64,000 bases of DNA, from the sequence record MK250028.1; one strand, written 5' to 3'. The position numbers were made by a program, and so were the translations under genes. A model generated the notes under the pieces. That model was given only the letters and a program-made list of their open reading frames with translations. It did no database searches and was not told where the DNA came from. This document shows positions 21,121-32,548 of this stretch, piece after piece. Position 1 is the stretch's first letter; every line of letters starts with the position of its first letter.

Positions 21121-21399
21121 TTATTTAACTGTTACTTTAATTTTAGATTCTGTTACCTTTCCATTAACTACAGTATTTATAGTATCAATAGAAATAGAAT
21201 CCAAACTCTTAATGAATACATTAGGAATTTTTTCTATAGTAATTAAACTATCTCTATATTGAATAGAATCTTTACTCAAATTAATTGTATCATGTATAGG
21301 TTCTTGATTCAAACTAGGAATATGTTTATTAATCCAAAAATATTGAACAGCAATACCAATAATAATTCCAATAATAAATGTCCAAAAAATATGTTTCAT
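21121..21399 (-). CDS. Small membrane-anchored protein
   Basis: N-terminal transmembrane helix. Confidence 0.6.
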   Translation of the reverse strand: MKHIFWTFIIGIIIGIAVQYFWINKHIPSLNQEPIHDTINLSKDSIQYRDSLITIEKIPNVFIKSLDSISIDTINTVVNGKVTESKIKVTVK

Positions 21400-21423
21400 T
21401 TTTCTATATTATTTAAAATAAAA

Positions 21424-21630
21424 TTAAACTTTTAAATTAACTAAATCTTTATACTTTATTTCTTTATACTTTGTTTTATTAATAGATATAAAAATAGGCT
21501 TATCAGTATAACTTTTATAATAATTTAACGATTCGTCTTTACTAATAAACCACTTTGTTTCTTTATCTAAAATTTTTCCAGATAAACTTCTTCCTAATCC
21601 TATCCGAATAATAATATTATTTTTCAACAT
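21424..21630 (-). CDS. Hypothetical protein
   Basis: 68-aa ORF. Confidence 0.5.
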   Translation of the reverse strand: MLKNNIIIRIGLGRSLSGKILDKETKWFISKDESLNYYKSYTDKPIFISINKTKYKEIKYKDLVNLKV

Positions 21631-21672
21631 AATTAAAAATAATTTTTCAAAAAGAAATTTATAAATTAATTA

Positions 21673-22106
21673 NNNNNNNNNNNNNNNNNNNNNNNNNNNN
21701 NNNNNNNNNNNNNNNNNNNNNNNNNNNNNNNNNNNNNNNNNNNNNNNNNNNNNNNNNNNNNNNNNNNNNNNNNNNNNNNNNNNNNNNNNNNNNNNNNNNN
21801 NNNNNNNNNNNNNNNNNNNNNNNNNNNNNNNNNNNNNNNNNNNNNNNNNNNNNNNNNNNNNNNNNNNNNNNNNNNNNNNNNNNNNNNNNNNNNNNNNNNN
21901 NNNNNNNNNNNNNNNNNNNNNNNNNNNNNNNNNNNNNNNNNNNNNNNNNNNNNNNNNNNNNNNNNNNNNNNNNNNNNNNNNNNNNNNNNNNNNNNNNNNN
22001 NNNNNNNNNNNNNNNNNNNNNNNNNNNNNNNNNNNNNNNNNNNNNNNNNNNNNNNNNNNNNNNNNNNNNNNNNNNNNNNNNNNNNNNNNNNNNNNNNNNN
22101 NNNNNN
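21673..22106. other. Assembly gap (N run)
   Basis: 434 N. Confidence 1.
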
Positions 22107-22124
22107 TTTATAATTTGTTGTAAA

Positions 22125-22847
22125 TCAATTCTTTAACTTATTTACTGTATTATTAAATACATTATTAAACTCTTCTTCTGTTATATAAGACATCTTTTCA
22201 TCTAAACGTTCATCCAATACGTCTTTAATATCGACTGATTCTCTTTTAATCATGAAATAATCAGTTCCGTCTAACCATGATTTTACTAATACTCTTGTAA
22301 TATCTAAATTACCTTGATAATCTTTATCTATACCATGAATCTTTACATACTCATATACAGGTATAAATTTATCTGATATTTTTTCATCTTTTTCTTTATC
22401 AGATAAATTTTGTGTTTCTAAATCATCAATGAATTTAGTGAATAATGTTTTATTAAATTCTATACGAGTTGTTCTGTTCTTTAAATATGATACAGGTAAA
22501 ATAGGCACTTCTGTTGTAATGGGGAAATCATCACTTAAAGGACATATTTGTTCTACAACCCAAACGATATATTCATTATTAACATTGAATTTATTTAGAT
22601 TATATGTTTGTCGTTTATCATGACTTAAATTCCACACTTTATCAGAATAAGGAATGACTGCAATATATGTTTCATTAAAAATATCTTTTCCTAATTGTTC
22701 AGATGTAACTTTACATTTATTTGATTCATCATCTCTATGATAATTGATACAATATAATTTTACTCCATCAGGAATTAAGATTTTATTTTCACATGATTCA
22801 TACGCAAATCTCCAAATCTTATATTCTTTATATTTTGCTTTACTCAT
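22125..22847 (-). CDS. Hypothetical protein
   Basis: 240-aa ORF. Confidence 0.7.
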   Translation of the reverse strand: MSKAKYKEYKIWRFAYESCENKILIPDGVKLYCINYHRDDESNKCKVTSEQLGKDIFNETYIAVIPYSDKVWNLSHDKRQTYNLNKFNVNNEYIVWVVEQICPLSDDFPITTEVPILPVSYLKNRTTRIEFNKTLFTKFIDDLETQNLSDKEKDEKISDKFIPVYEYVKIHGIDKDYQGNLDITRVLVKSWLDGTDYFMIKRESVDIKDVLDERLDEKMSYITEEEFNNVFNNTVNKLKN

Positions 22848-22864
22848 TATTTACTTATATTATT

Positions 22865-23173
22865 TTATCTTCCTATACAATCATCATCTCCCCATCGGTT
22901 TTTAATTACTAATCCATTATCATCTATAAAACAATTACATTTCATTCCAAGTTGAATATATAATGATTTTTCATAATTTATTGTTATAGGAAGTTCACCA
23001 TATATAGTGTATGTGTTATCTTTATTCATAATACATATATTACCATATGTTTCAGGATATTTTGGATATGATCTATTGCGTTCTGCAAAAGCAATATTTA
23101 ATTTTAAGATATGAATTTTTATATAATTTGGTATTTCATCCATATCTTTTTGTTGAATAGTTTCGTTTTTCAT
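22865..23173 (-). CDS. Hypothetical protein
   Basis: 102-aa ORF. Confidence 0.6.
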   Translation of the reverse strand: MKNETIQQKDMDEIPNYIKIHILKLNIAFAERNRSYPKYPETYGNICIMNKDNTYTIYGELPITINYEKSLYIQLGMKCNCFIDDNGLVIKNRWGDDDCIGR

Positions 23174-23327
23174 ATATTTAAAATAAAACTTAAGAAAAAC
23201 TTAAGAAAATGATTAAATTCTCTATGTTTTTCTTAAGTTTTTCTAAGAAATTTTGATGTATTTTTCAAACGAGTATACTCCTACTGTAAATTCAAAAATA
23301 CTCGTTTTAGATACTTAAAACAGTACA

Positions 23328-23978
23328 TTATTTTTGATTAACACTTGAGTTATATTCAGCTCTAACTTTCTCAATTGCATCACACATATTTACAGACTTT
23401 CCTGTATTCTTATCAATCGTATTACAATCATCTTCTGGATCACCGACAAGTTCTTTGTATACTTCATATGCCTCTGGAAATTCATCCTTCAACTTATTAA
23501 CAGTAGTAATATTATTCAATACACAAAGAACAGACTTTCCCCATTTTGCAATATCAAACATTTTCATAAGAATCTGTTTGCATTCATTAAACAAATCAGG
23601 ATGATTACTCTTAAGATATTTAAGAACATTCTCTGAATTATATCCTGAATTCTTTGTATCATTAAACATCTTTAAAAATACATTATGAATTTCAAAATCA
23701 GGATAATAAAAGCAATTCAAGCATTCACAACGTTTTGGCTCTTCTCCTTTCTCAAAGAAATAATGTCCATAAATGCGAACAGTATTCATATCCATAAATT
23801 TTTCGTGGTCCTTAATAAAATCACGAACATCCTTTGGTACTTGATTAAACAAAAATCTAGAAATCTCTTCAGACTTCTCCTTAATTTGTGGAGTAATTTC
23901 CTTTGCACAACGATTACGATACATGCGATTTGCAATATGTTCTCTTACTTCTTTAGTTAACTTCTTATATGCTACCAT
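23328..23978 (-). CDS. Nmad5-like phage protein
   Basis: N-terminal KLTKEVREHIANRM and C-terminal ITTVNKLKDEFPEAY resemble the nucleotide-modification-associated domain 5 pattern. Confidence 0.45.
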   Translation of the reverse strand: MVAYKKLTKEVREHIANRMYRNRCAKEITPQIKEKSEEISRFLFNQVPKDVRDFIKDHEKFMDMNTVRIYGHYFFEKGEEPKRCECLNCFYYPDFEIHNVFLKMFNDTKNSGYNSENVLKYLKSNHPDLFNECKQILMKMFDIAKWGKSVLCVLNNITTVNKLKDEFPEAYEVYKELVGDPEDDCNTIDKNTGKSVNMCDAIEKVRAEYNSSVNQK

Positions 23979-24010
23979 TTTTTACTAATAATTAAAATGT
24001 TAAATATATT

Positions 24011-24568
24011 TTATTTTTTTCTCTTTACTTTAGTATATGGATCATTCCATACGCCTTCAATAATCAATTTACCATGTGGAATATTAAATTTTGTTTCAAT
24101 ATCCTCTATAGTTACCGTATATTTTTTTGAATTCTCTTTATCTGAATTAATCTTATTTCTTAATTCTTTTTCTTTTTGCTTACGATATTCATTGCATTCA
24201 ATAGGATTATCAAATAATGCAATATCCCATTTATTAGGATTAACATTCCGAGATACCTGATGAATACCTAAATTATAAGGGATCATAGATTTTACTTTTG
24301 TATATGATAATTTATTTTCACGAACAATTTTATCTATTAATGATTCTACTGCAGGTGAATATGGAGTAAAGAAAGCATACTTATTTTTATGTTCATCTAA
24401 TTTTACAATTACAGGAACAATAAAATTAAAAGATACTTTCCCCTTATTCAATATAATAGGGCATGCCCATATTAACTTATTAAAATCTTTACTTAAAAAA
24501 TCAACATAAGGTGTAAAATCATTAGGCATCAATAAGTTATCTAATGATTTAATATTAATAATTCTCAT
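24011..24568 (-). CDS. Hypothetical protein
   Basis: 185-aa ORF. Confidence 0.7.
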   Translation of the reverse strand: MRIINIKSLDNLLMPNDFTPYVDFLSKDFNKLIWACPIILNKGKVSFNFIVPVIVKLDEHKNKYAFFTPYSPAVESLIDKIVRENKLSYTKVKSMIPYNLGIHQVSRNVNPNKWDIALFDNPIECNEYRKQKEKELRNKINSDKENSKKYTVTIEDIETKFNIPHGKLIIEGVWNDPYTKVKRKK

Positions 24569-24637
24569 ATTTTCTTATTTTGTTAAAATAATATAAACAT
24601 TTTTAGTATATTTTAATATAATAATTGTTAACTGTTA

Positions 24638-25327
24638 TTAATATAAATCTCGATGAAGAGATGAATCAAATAAACAATTCATAGATTCATATGAATCAAC
24701 AATTATAAGTTCATCTGGTTTAATACCTAATAAATTTGTAATATCTGTAATTGTATATACATGATGTCCATCTGTTTGTTTCTTTAACATTTTATAGTAA
24801 TTCTCAAATGCTTTACGATAACCTTCAGCATCTTCGTATGAAGCAAAAATTTTTGCATTCTTTGCAGAATTCTCTAAAAATGTTAATTTTGATTCATTAT
24901 CTTTTTCATATACATTCAATGTAATCCAATCATAACGAACATTAAAAGTTAAATCGATCTTTTTCTTATTAAGTTCCTTTGCGGATATTGAAGTGATACC
25001 TAAGGTTGTACTAAATTTATTAATAAGATTATATGTACTAATTCCTATAAGTGAGTAATTTTCACGATTGAGATATACAGAATGATCAATATTATTCTTA
25101 CGAATAAATGCAGGAATAATTTTATTGTTATAAATTCTATCATTCCTATATTGAATAGTACAAACCCATACAATACGATATGGAATATTACAAGTAACTG
25201 GATTATTCATTACTTTCTTAATATTCTCATCTGATGTGATATAATTGTCAAGTTCTTTTGTTGTATCAATAAAGAACTTATTATATGAATTTAATTCATC
25301 ACGCAATTCATTTAAAGACTTTTTCAT
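24638..25327 (-). CDS. Hypothetical protein
   Basis: 229-aa ORF below a class I promoter. Confidence 0.7.
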   Translation of the reverse strand: MKKSLNELRDELNSYNKFFIDTTKELDNYITSDENIKKVMNNPVTCNIPYRIVWVCTIQYRNDRIYNNKIIPAFIRKNNIDHSVYLNRENYSLIGISTYNLINKFSTTLGITSISAKELNKKKIDLTFNVRYDWITLNVYEKDNESKLTFLENSAKNAKIFASYEDAEGYRKAFENYYKMLKKQTDGHHVYTITDITNLLGIKPDELIIVDSYESMNCLFDSSLHRDLY

Positions 25328-25355
25328 TATCTATTGTTTTTTAATTATTCATTAT

Positions 25356-25367
25356 TACAAAGATACA
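25356..25367 (-). promoter_or_regulatory. Class I promoter TGTATCTTTGTA
   Basis: Identical 12-mer. Confidence 0.75.
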
Positions 25368-25441
25368 TAAATTATATGTAAAATAAAAAAGTCTGACTAA
25401 ATATTTCTATTTAATCAGACATTATTAACAATATTTAATTT

Positions 25442-26608
25442 TTATGCATATAAATATATTTTTTTCATTTCTTTACCAGAAGGTGTTGTAAATGTTATAA
25501 CTGCATATTTTCTTTCAAATCCATCCCATTCGCATTCCATATCTTCACCTCTGCCATTATAACGGTCCGCATCATCAAGGTCTCGTTTTAAATCAAGCTT
25601 TGCTTTCCAATTAGGCTTCTTTGTTGATTGAATTAATTTTTTATATTCAATACATTTTTTTGAATTATGTGCAAGCAATCTTAAATCAAACCTATCAAAT
25701 ATGCGAGATCGTTTTCCTGACACTCTTTCATCTGAAATATTCATTATATCTAATGGTTTACATTTCAATGTATTCTGAATATATTTATTCAATGATAGGA
25801 ATTCTTTACATGGTTTAGAAATATACTTAATGGAATCAACCCATGGTTTATCATCATTATTACTTAGCCAACTACTATATGGTTTATGAATACCATCAAT
25901 ACGTGTGTAGTTAGGTAAATCTATTTTATACAATTTATATGTATAAATATCTTCCATTAATCCATCAATATCACCATTTGGATAATATTTTTCTAATATA
26001 TTTTCATTATCATAATAAAAATTATTAATATTAATATCGATAATAGGAAACTTTTCAGTTTTTTTATTTGCTATATATTTCTTTAATAGTTTTGAAATAA
26101 CTTCTTGCTTATTATTTGATGATGATGAAGTATTTCTTGAAGATGATGTACCTCTTAATGTTCCAGATAATACACGTTCACTTGCATTTACACCAAACTC
26201 TTGTAATGTAATATTTGAACCAATAAGTTTATTAATCCATCTAACAATTTCATTCGCTGATATAGGATTTACTCTAAATACTTTTGTAAATGCTTCTATT
26301 GTAGCATCTGTACGCTTTGGTATTTTTGCTTCTGTTTCACCTACAAATGTATAAATCAATTTTGGATTTCCAAAAGACATAAGCTTACATTTTCTTCCTT
26401 GTTTAATAATACGAAGAACATAAGATTGATTTGTTGGTGTATATACCATATACAAATAATATACAGGATAACCTGTGGTTCCATTTGATTTTAATTTTAC
26501 AAGATTACATCTATAATATGCTCCATCAGCAGAAGCAATATTTTCAAATGCAAATTTAACTGCTTGCTTTTCTGTTGTATCTAAAGATTCAAATAATTTA
26601 TTAATCAT
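25442..26608 (-). CDS. Hypothetical protein, possible virion internal protein
   Basis: 388 aa; starts MINKLFES; TATAAATA upstream. Confidence 0.7.
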   Translation of the reverse strand: MINKLFESLDTTEKQAVKFAFENIASADGAYYRCNLVKLKSNGTTGYPVYYLYMVYTPTNQSYVLRIIKQGRKCKLMSFGNPKLIYTFVGETEAKIPKRTDATIEAFTKVFRVNPISANEIVRWINKLIGSNITLQEFGVNASERVLSGTLRGTSSSRNTSSSSNNKQEVISKLLKKYIANKKTEKFPIIDININNFYYDNENILEKYYPNGDIDGLMEDIYTYKLYKIDLPNYTRIDGIHKPYSSWLSNNDDKPWVDSIKYISKPCKEFLSLNKYIQNTLKCKPLDIMNISDERVSGKRSRIFDRFDLRLLAHNSKKCIEYKKLIQSTKKPNWKAKLDLKRDLDDADRYNGRGEDMECEWDGFERKYAVITFTTPSGKEMKKIYLYA

Positions 26609-26642
26609 TATATTATTAAAATTATTTAAGTTTAATATAATA

Positions 26643-26650
26643 TATTTATA
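26643..26650 (-). promoter_or_regulatory. Possible T4-like late promoter TATAAATA
   Basis: Exact T4 late consensus 35 nt upstream of 26608; low specificity in AT-rich DNA. Confidence 0.35.
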
Positions 26651-26659
26651 TCTAATTAA

Positions 26660-27820
26660 TTACCATCTATGATAACGTTTTCTATATGAATAATTACCAG
26701 ATGGATTATTTTCTGTATAATCATTTGTAATTACCCAATATGAAATTCCAACATTATATAGTAACATAATAATAAGAATAGCAATATACCATCCTGTACT
26801 TAATTCTATATTAATATAATTAAAATCAGAAAATTCTTTCCTATTCCAATTTGTATCAATTTGTGTATCTAACCATTCAGCATATTCTTTAAAATTAATG
26901 GTAGGATGATTAATGAAATAATCACGTGTTTTTACTTCAAGCAAAGGTTTATCACACCATGAAAATGGATTACACCAAATAATTTTATTATTCTTTATAC
27001 CAAGACATACAATAAACTCGTTCTTATTTCCACCTTGCCAATATGCCTTTTGCATTTCTGATATTTCTATGTTAGATGTATTGTAACAACATATCAATAC
27101 ATGAATTTGATTCTTTGGACCTCTGTAGCCATTCAAATACCTAACAGCGTCAATATCAGATTCATTTGCGTTATATCCAATTATTGGATTCTGATCATAT
27201 AACTTAGTTTCAGGATATTCATATAAACCATTTTCTTTTGCATCTTCTTTACTTATATTAGAATATTTAAAGATAGAATATGAAGATGCTTTTACTTTAT
27301 TCTGATACATATGTGTCCATGTTACAGGATATGAATTCTCTCTTGTTCTATTCCAATATGTAATATATGCATCTCCATCTTCTAAATGATAATTTCTATG
27401 CATATCTTTAAATACTGGTTGCGTATTTAATTTTTTACATATATACTGATAATCTTTTTTAGATATTGATTCTTTATCTCCATGTATTGTTTCATAAATA
27501 TATTCAGCAGGATGGTATCTTCGTTCAGGTACTGTATATGTTACGGTTCGTGTTTTACCGTTACCACATGAAACAGTTCTAGTATGTGTTACCATAACTA
27601 TTTCATCCCATGGTTCATAATATGTTACTTTACTTATTAAATCACTTAAATATTCTGTGTCTAATGATGATATATATACAAATGAATATTTAAGGCCAAG
27701 AAATAATAATAATGATGGTACAGCTACAATAAAATATTCCCATATTGCAGTTTGCTTACGAAATTTCCATGCTAATATTATTATTGTAATAATAGGTATT
27801 AAAAAAATTATTATTTCCAT
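26660..27820 (-). CDS. Membrane protein
   Basis: 386 aa; two N-terminal and one C-terminal hydrophobic segments. Confidence 0.75.
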   Translation of the reverse strand: MEIIIFLIPIITIIILAWKFRKQTAIWEYFIVAVPSLLLFLGLKYSFVYISSLDTEYLSDLISKVTYYEPWDEIVMVTHTRTVSCGNGKTRTVTYTVPERRYHPAEYIYETIHGDKESISKKDYQYICKKLNTQPVFKDMHRNYHLEDGDAYITYWNRTRENSYPVTWTHMYQNKVKASSYSIFKYSNISKEDAKENGLYEYPETKLYDQNPIIGYNANESDIDAVRYLNGYRGPKNQIHVLICCYNTSNIEISEMQKAYWQGGNKNEFIVCLGIKNNKIIWCNPFSWCDKPLLEVKTRDYFINHPTINFKEYAEWLDTQIDTNWNRKEFSDFNYINIELSTGWYIAILIIMLLYNVGISYWVITNDYTENNPSGNYSYRKRYHRW

Positions 27821-27854
27821 ATATTATTATTTTATTTAAAATTAAAAATTATGT

Positions 27855-27866
27855 TACAAAGATACA
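27855..27866 (-). promoter_or_regulatory. Class I promoter TGTATCTTTGTA
   Basis: Identical 12-mer. Confidence 0.75.
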
Positions 27867-27938
27867 TATAATTTATAAAATAAAAAATCTTATAGATAAA
27901 AACTAATTTACCTATAAGATTTAAATAAGTGTTGTTAT

Positions 27939-28472
27939 TTAATAGATTCTTTTAAAGTTTTCATAAAAATCTTTCGCATGCTTTACAAAATACGGACCAT
28001 CAGGACAATCATTATATACTGCTTTATATAAAACTAAATCTTCATTTTTTCTCCAGTAATAATTTGGGTGTTCTAAATATTCATCATCAAAATATTCAGG
28101 ATCTAAATCAATATCTTTAAATAATAGATGTTCTTGAACTAATTCATATTCTCTATGTTCAAAATCTTTTGCATTTTTATAGATATATCTTCCAATACCT
28201 TTATTCTCTATATTCCATTCTGTTTGATACCAATATTCACTTAAGCTTCTATCATGTTCATCAGGAAATTTATCTTGATTCATATATTCCTTATTAACAT
28301 GAAGATAATGAAACGTATCTTGAACATATCCACCAAACCAACAAATTCCTAATATAAGTTCTTTTTGTGTATCATGAATTTCGACAACTCTCATACCTTG
28401 AGTCATTTTAGGAAATTCTTTACAACAATGAAATATATAATCTCCTTCTTTTATATCTTTTAGCTTTTTCAT
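27939..28472 (-). CDS. Hypothetical protein with DUF1653-like C-terminus
   Basis: LVLYKAVY...YFVKHAKDFYENF resembles the DUF1653 VVYRALY..WVRP..MF pattern. Confidence 0.45.
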   Translation of the reverse strand: MKKLKDIKEGDYIFHCCKEFPKMTQGMRVVEIHDTQKELILGICWFGGYVQDTFHYLHVNKEYMNQDKFPDEHDRSLSEYWYQTEWNIENKGIGRYIYKNAKDFEHREYELVQEHLLFKDIDLDPEYFDDEYLEHPNYYWRKNEDLVLYKAVYNDCPDGPYFVKHAKDFYENFKRIY

Positions 28473-28783
28473 TTCTTTCTAATTAAGTTTTTAATTGTAT
28501 AAAAATATAAAAATTTAGTTTATTAAATATTGTTAATTAAAATATTTTTATTAATTTTTTCCCCAATATTATTATGGTATTTTTTAATATAATAATTAAA
28601 ATTATTATTTTTAACTATGAATGAAACTAATGTGAAAGAACCTAAACGTATAAAGCAATATATAGATACACATATATGGTTAAGTTTTTGTAAATTATTA
28701 AAAGCTTATGTTTTAATAAGTAATAATTTATATATTTATTTGCTTTATAAAAATTAAAATTTTATGAACGCATACATAAATTG

Positions 28784-29467
28784 TTATTTGTTTGTAATAT
28801 TAAATAATAATTCTACTTCTTCTAATAAACTTACTTTATTTTCTTCTATTATTTTCTTTGAATATGATAATTTCATATTCTTCCATGTTTCTAATAGAAA
28901 CTTTATATGTTCTGCTAAGAATTTATTCCAATCATGAATTCTCATCTCGTCTTTCAAACCACATGCACATTGTGTGAAATAATCAGATGAAAATGAAACT
29001 AATATATCACATTCTCTTAATATCCGTTGATATAAATTTAAATCATCATCATTAATCATATAAGGATAACATGTTGCATCTATATTATCTCCTATAATTT
29101 TAATCAAATGATTACATGATTCATCATCATTAATAAATTCAGTTCTAATATAATTCTTCATTACATCTTTTGCGATATTGATATTTGTAATATCATCATA
29201 TTTTCCTGCGCTATGATTAAAATCATGAAATATTGCAGACATTAAAAGAATATATAAGCCTTCATTATCTAATTTAAATTCATAATTATCAGTTTGACTT
29301 TCTTCATATATACAACATATATGATACATCATCGCAAATGTATGGTTTATATTATGATATGGATTTGTAAGAGATATACAATTATTAATATAATATGTAA
29401 ATAATTTCTTTAAATCTTCATTTGCATTTATATATGTTAAAACTTTTACTTGATCTGTATTAATCAT
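28784..29467 (-). CDS. HD-domain phosphohydrolase
   Basis: NPYHNINHT ... SAIFHDFNH ... RECDIL. Confidence 0.8.
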   Translation of the reverse strand: MINTDQVKVLTYINANEDLKKLFTYYINNCISLTNPYHNINHTFAMMYHICCIYEESQTDNYEFKLDNEGLYILLMSAIFHDFNHSAGKYDDITNINIAKDVMKNYIRTEFINDDESCNHLIKIIGDNIDATCYPYMINDDDLNLYQRILRECDILVSFSSDYFTQCACGLKDEMRIHDWNKFLAEHIKFLLETWKNMKLSYSKKIIEENKVSLLEEVELLFNITNK

Positions 29468-29623
29468 ATTTAATAAATTTAATTCAAATTTTATATAATA
29501 GTTTAAATAAAAAGACTTATTAAATAATGTAATTAAAATAAAAATCCAGATAATAATCTTATCAATTAAGAGAATTATCTGGATAAAATAATATATTTAA
29601 TTTATGATTTATGATTCAATATA

Positions 29624-31369
29624 TTAGAAATTATCATATGTTTGTTCAAGCATCTTAACATAATCCATATGATAACCAAGAGGATGTTCTGATTCATTTA
29701 CAGGTTTCATAATAGGTTTTTGAGAAACTTTATAACGTTTAACAAATTCTTCATTCATTATACGTTGTGCTTCTCTATTTCTAAGACCAGTTTTCTCCCA
29801 GAACTCATCAACATCTTGTTTAGTTTCAAGAACCCAATAACGTGCCATATTCTCAATAGCATCTTGCTCTTGAAGAGAAGCATGTGTGTAAAGTTCAATA
29901 TCTTTAGGATCAGCCAATCTCAACCAATTCTTAAGGATACGTTTCTCTGCAAGAAGTGGAACATTCCATTGATTGTTAATATCATCAATCTTATAGATAT
30001 TATGTTCTACTACATATTTCATACATTTTTTCTTCTATGTAGGTTTAAGAGCCGCAAATTTCGCGAAGTTATCTGGTGATAATGAAACAGAGAATGGATA
30101 ACGTGAAATAATCTGTTCTTTAATTGCTTCCTTTTTTTCAAGATTATCAAGAAGATCTTGGAATTCCTCCATGTCTTTATCAGTTTCAGCTGCAATTCTT
30201 TCTGCTTTTTCTGTAGATGTTTTTGAATCTTCGTCAGCTGGTGTGGAATCTTCTGCATCATCATTAGTTGTATCTGTATCAGAAACGTCTTCATCTTTTG
30301 AGTTATCATCTGAATCTGCATCACCATCATCAGCTTTATCCTCATCAGACTATCCTTCTACATCAAGAATATCTGCACGTTTTTCGGCTTTCTCATCATC
30401 GTCTGTATTTTCATCGGAATCACTATCAGCATCTTCTGATGTAATATCGAGGATTAATGCGCGTTTCTTTTCTTTCTCATCATCTGTAGGTTCTGATTTT
30501 GAATCTTCACTCTTATTATCTTTTGTATCATTATTTTCATCTTTATTATCAGATGAATTATCTGAACCACTACCATCTGGTGTTACGTCTGCTTCTGGTA
30601 ATTTGAATTCTTCTTCATCTTCTTCAAGTAATGGTTTTGATAAATCTTTCAAATTAACCGGTTTGTTTTTCATTTCCATACATTTTTCATTTATTGGAGC
30701 ATCTTGCTCAAGTTCATTGACTGTAACACCTTCCATAAGAACCTTATATTTCTTATTAGTTGATTCTTTCTCTGATTTTTGAGCTGATACTGATTCATTG
30801 AGATATGACATAGTATTAACTCCCAAAGATTCATTAACTCTATCAAGTTTTGCTTCAGCGAAACCAGGTGTGCAAACAATATCATATGTAAAAATCTATG
30901 CTATTTCTACTTCATGTGTTTTCTCATCTACATCACCTGCAGCTCGAGAAGAAACAAACAATGGATAACCTGCTTCTACCAATTCCTATGCGATTTTACC
31001 ATTAGGTGTGTCGAGAATTTCAAGTTTACCCATTACATTATGATTTTCCTAATCATACCAGAGGTCTGTGATCTTATGTGACGCTTCTTTTAACTGAATA
31101 TCAAAACGACCTTCTGGATGATCCAACTCACCAAGAATTGAACCACTTTCTTTAATCATCTCACGTAAATACCCAAGGTGACGTAAAACTTCTTTTTCTG
31201 GATAACTTCTATTATTACGGTTAATTACAACATGACCTGGAACAGAACATGCAGTAAATACCCCGGAGAATATATATTTCTTATTATTTGGTGTACTGTC
31301 AAGAGACTCGTTAAGCGTAAGAGGCTACAATGACTTACTTTTTATCATTAACTTATTACTTTTTGTCAT
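29624..31369 (-). CDS. Prohead core protease (T4 gp21-like) fused to an acidic linker and a C-terminal domain (581 aa, code 15)
   Basis: NRNNRSYP, GELDHP, ASHKI, ILDTPNGKI, VSSRAAG, YDIVCTPGF. In frame through TAG with track ORFs 30350..30826 and 29624..30022. Confidence 0.85.
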
Positions 31370-31416
31370 AAAACAAAATAAATCTTATTTTTATTATTTA
31401 TTCAATATATTTTATA

Positions 31417-32436
31417 TTATTTCTTAAATAATGAGTCTCTATAATATTCATCAAATTTTTTTTCTTTTAACGCATAATTTATTGATTTAGATAATTTATT
31501 AAAATATATATTAAAAAAATGATTAATATTATATTTTACTTTATTTGCATTTATTTTATCAATAGATGTATATTTTTTATTCTTTAACATTTTTTTAATC
31601 GAAGAACCTTTTATATCATTTTTTAATACATTCTACATATGACAATAATATCCAATAAGATTTAACAATAATACATAATCGTAGTCATTTTTAATAATAT
31701 TTTTTTCAGTTAACATAGTATAGTCTAGTAAATATTTATCATATAAATTTATATCTTTAAAATATTTTATTAATGACCCTGTAGTATCATTATCCTAAAT
31801 TATATTATCTATTTCTTCATTTGATAAATCTAATATTAATCTATATTGCTAATTAATTCTTGCTTGTATTTCTGTTGGTGATAGCAAATATAATATATCT
31901 TTTACTGTATTAAGAAATTCTGGTAAAATATTAAATGTGTTTTTAATATTATCACTCATATTTTTATTATTAAGTATAATATTTTTATCTTTAAATTTAT
32001 ACATATGATTTACATGTATAAATTCATGATGGAAAATAGATTTTATTGTTTTAATATTAAAGCCTTTTACAACATTTGCATTTATTTTAACGATATGATC
32101 ATTTATATCTATATCAATTCCACGAATATCTGCTGTTGCATTTGCATTATTATTCCAATTTGTTTCCCATAATACATATATAGAATATAATTCATTATTT
32201 TCTTTTTCATTACATTTAATACATTCCGACGTTTCTATATTTAATTTCCAACCAGTATATATTAATCCATATAATCGTCCTCTTGACTATATAAATTTAT
32301 CATATATATCATCAACTACATCATCAAATGTTCGTAATATATGAAATTCTTCTAACAATGTATTAGATATTGTTTCTATTATACTTTCATATAATCTCTA
32401 TTTTAAATTTCTTGGTATTGTATTGTATACACTCAT
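31417..32436 (-). CDS. Zincin-like metallopeptidase (339 aa, code 15)
   Basis: SIFHHEFIHVNH (HExxH) and downstream LSPTEIQAR; 5 TAG codons; missed by the track. Confidence 0.65.
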
Positions 32437-32460
32437 ATTTACTAATTAAATATTTTACAT

Positions 32461-32468
32461 TATTTATA
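32461..32468 (-). promoter_or_regulatory. Possible T4-like late promoter TATAAATA
   Basis: Exact consensus 25 nt upstream of 32436. Confidence 0.35.
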
Positions 32469-32548
32469 ATAATTAATAGTTATATCTATAGTAACAATTA
32501 AATTAGATTAAATATATAAATGAAATTTATTACTAATAAATTTCATAA

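Noticed and set aside
21673-22106. N run as a hidden repeat array or hypervariable locus
   Set aside because: No sequence information; the flanks show no repeats
30019-30885. Track ORFs 30171..30782 (+, Ser-rich), 30019..30345 and 30691..30885
   Set aside because: Antisense or alternative-frame shadows of the acidic region of the protease gene
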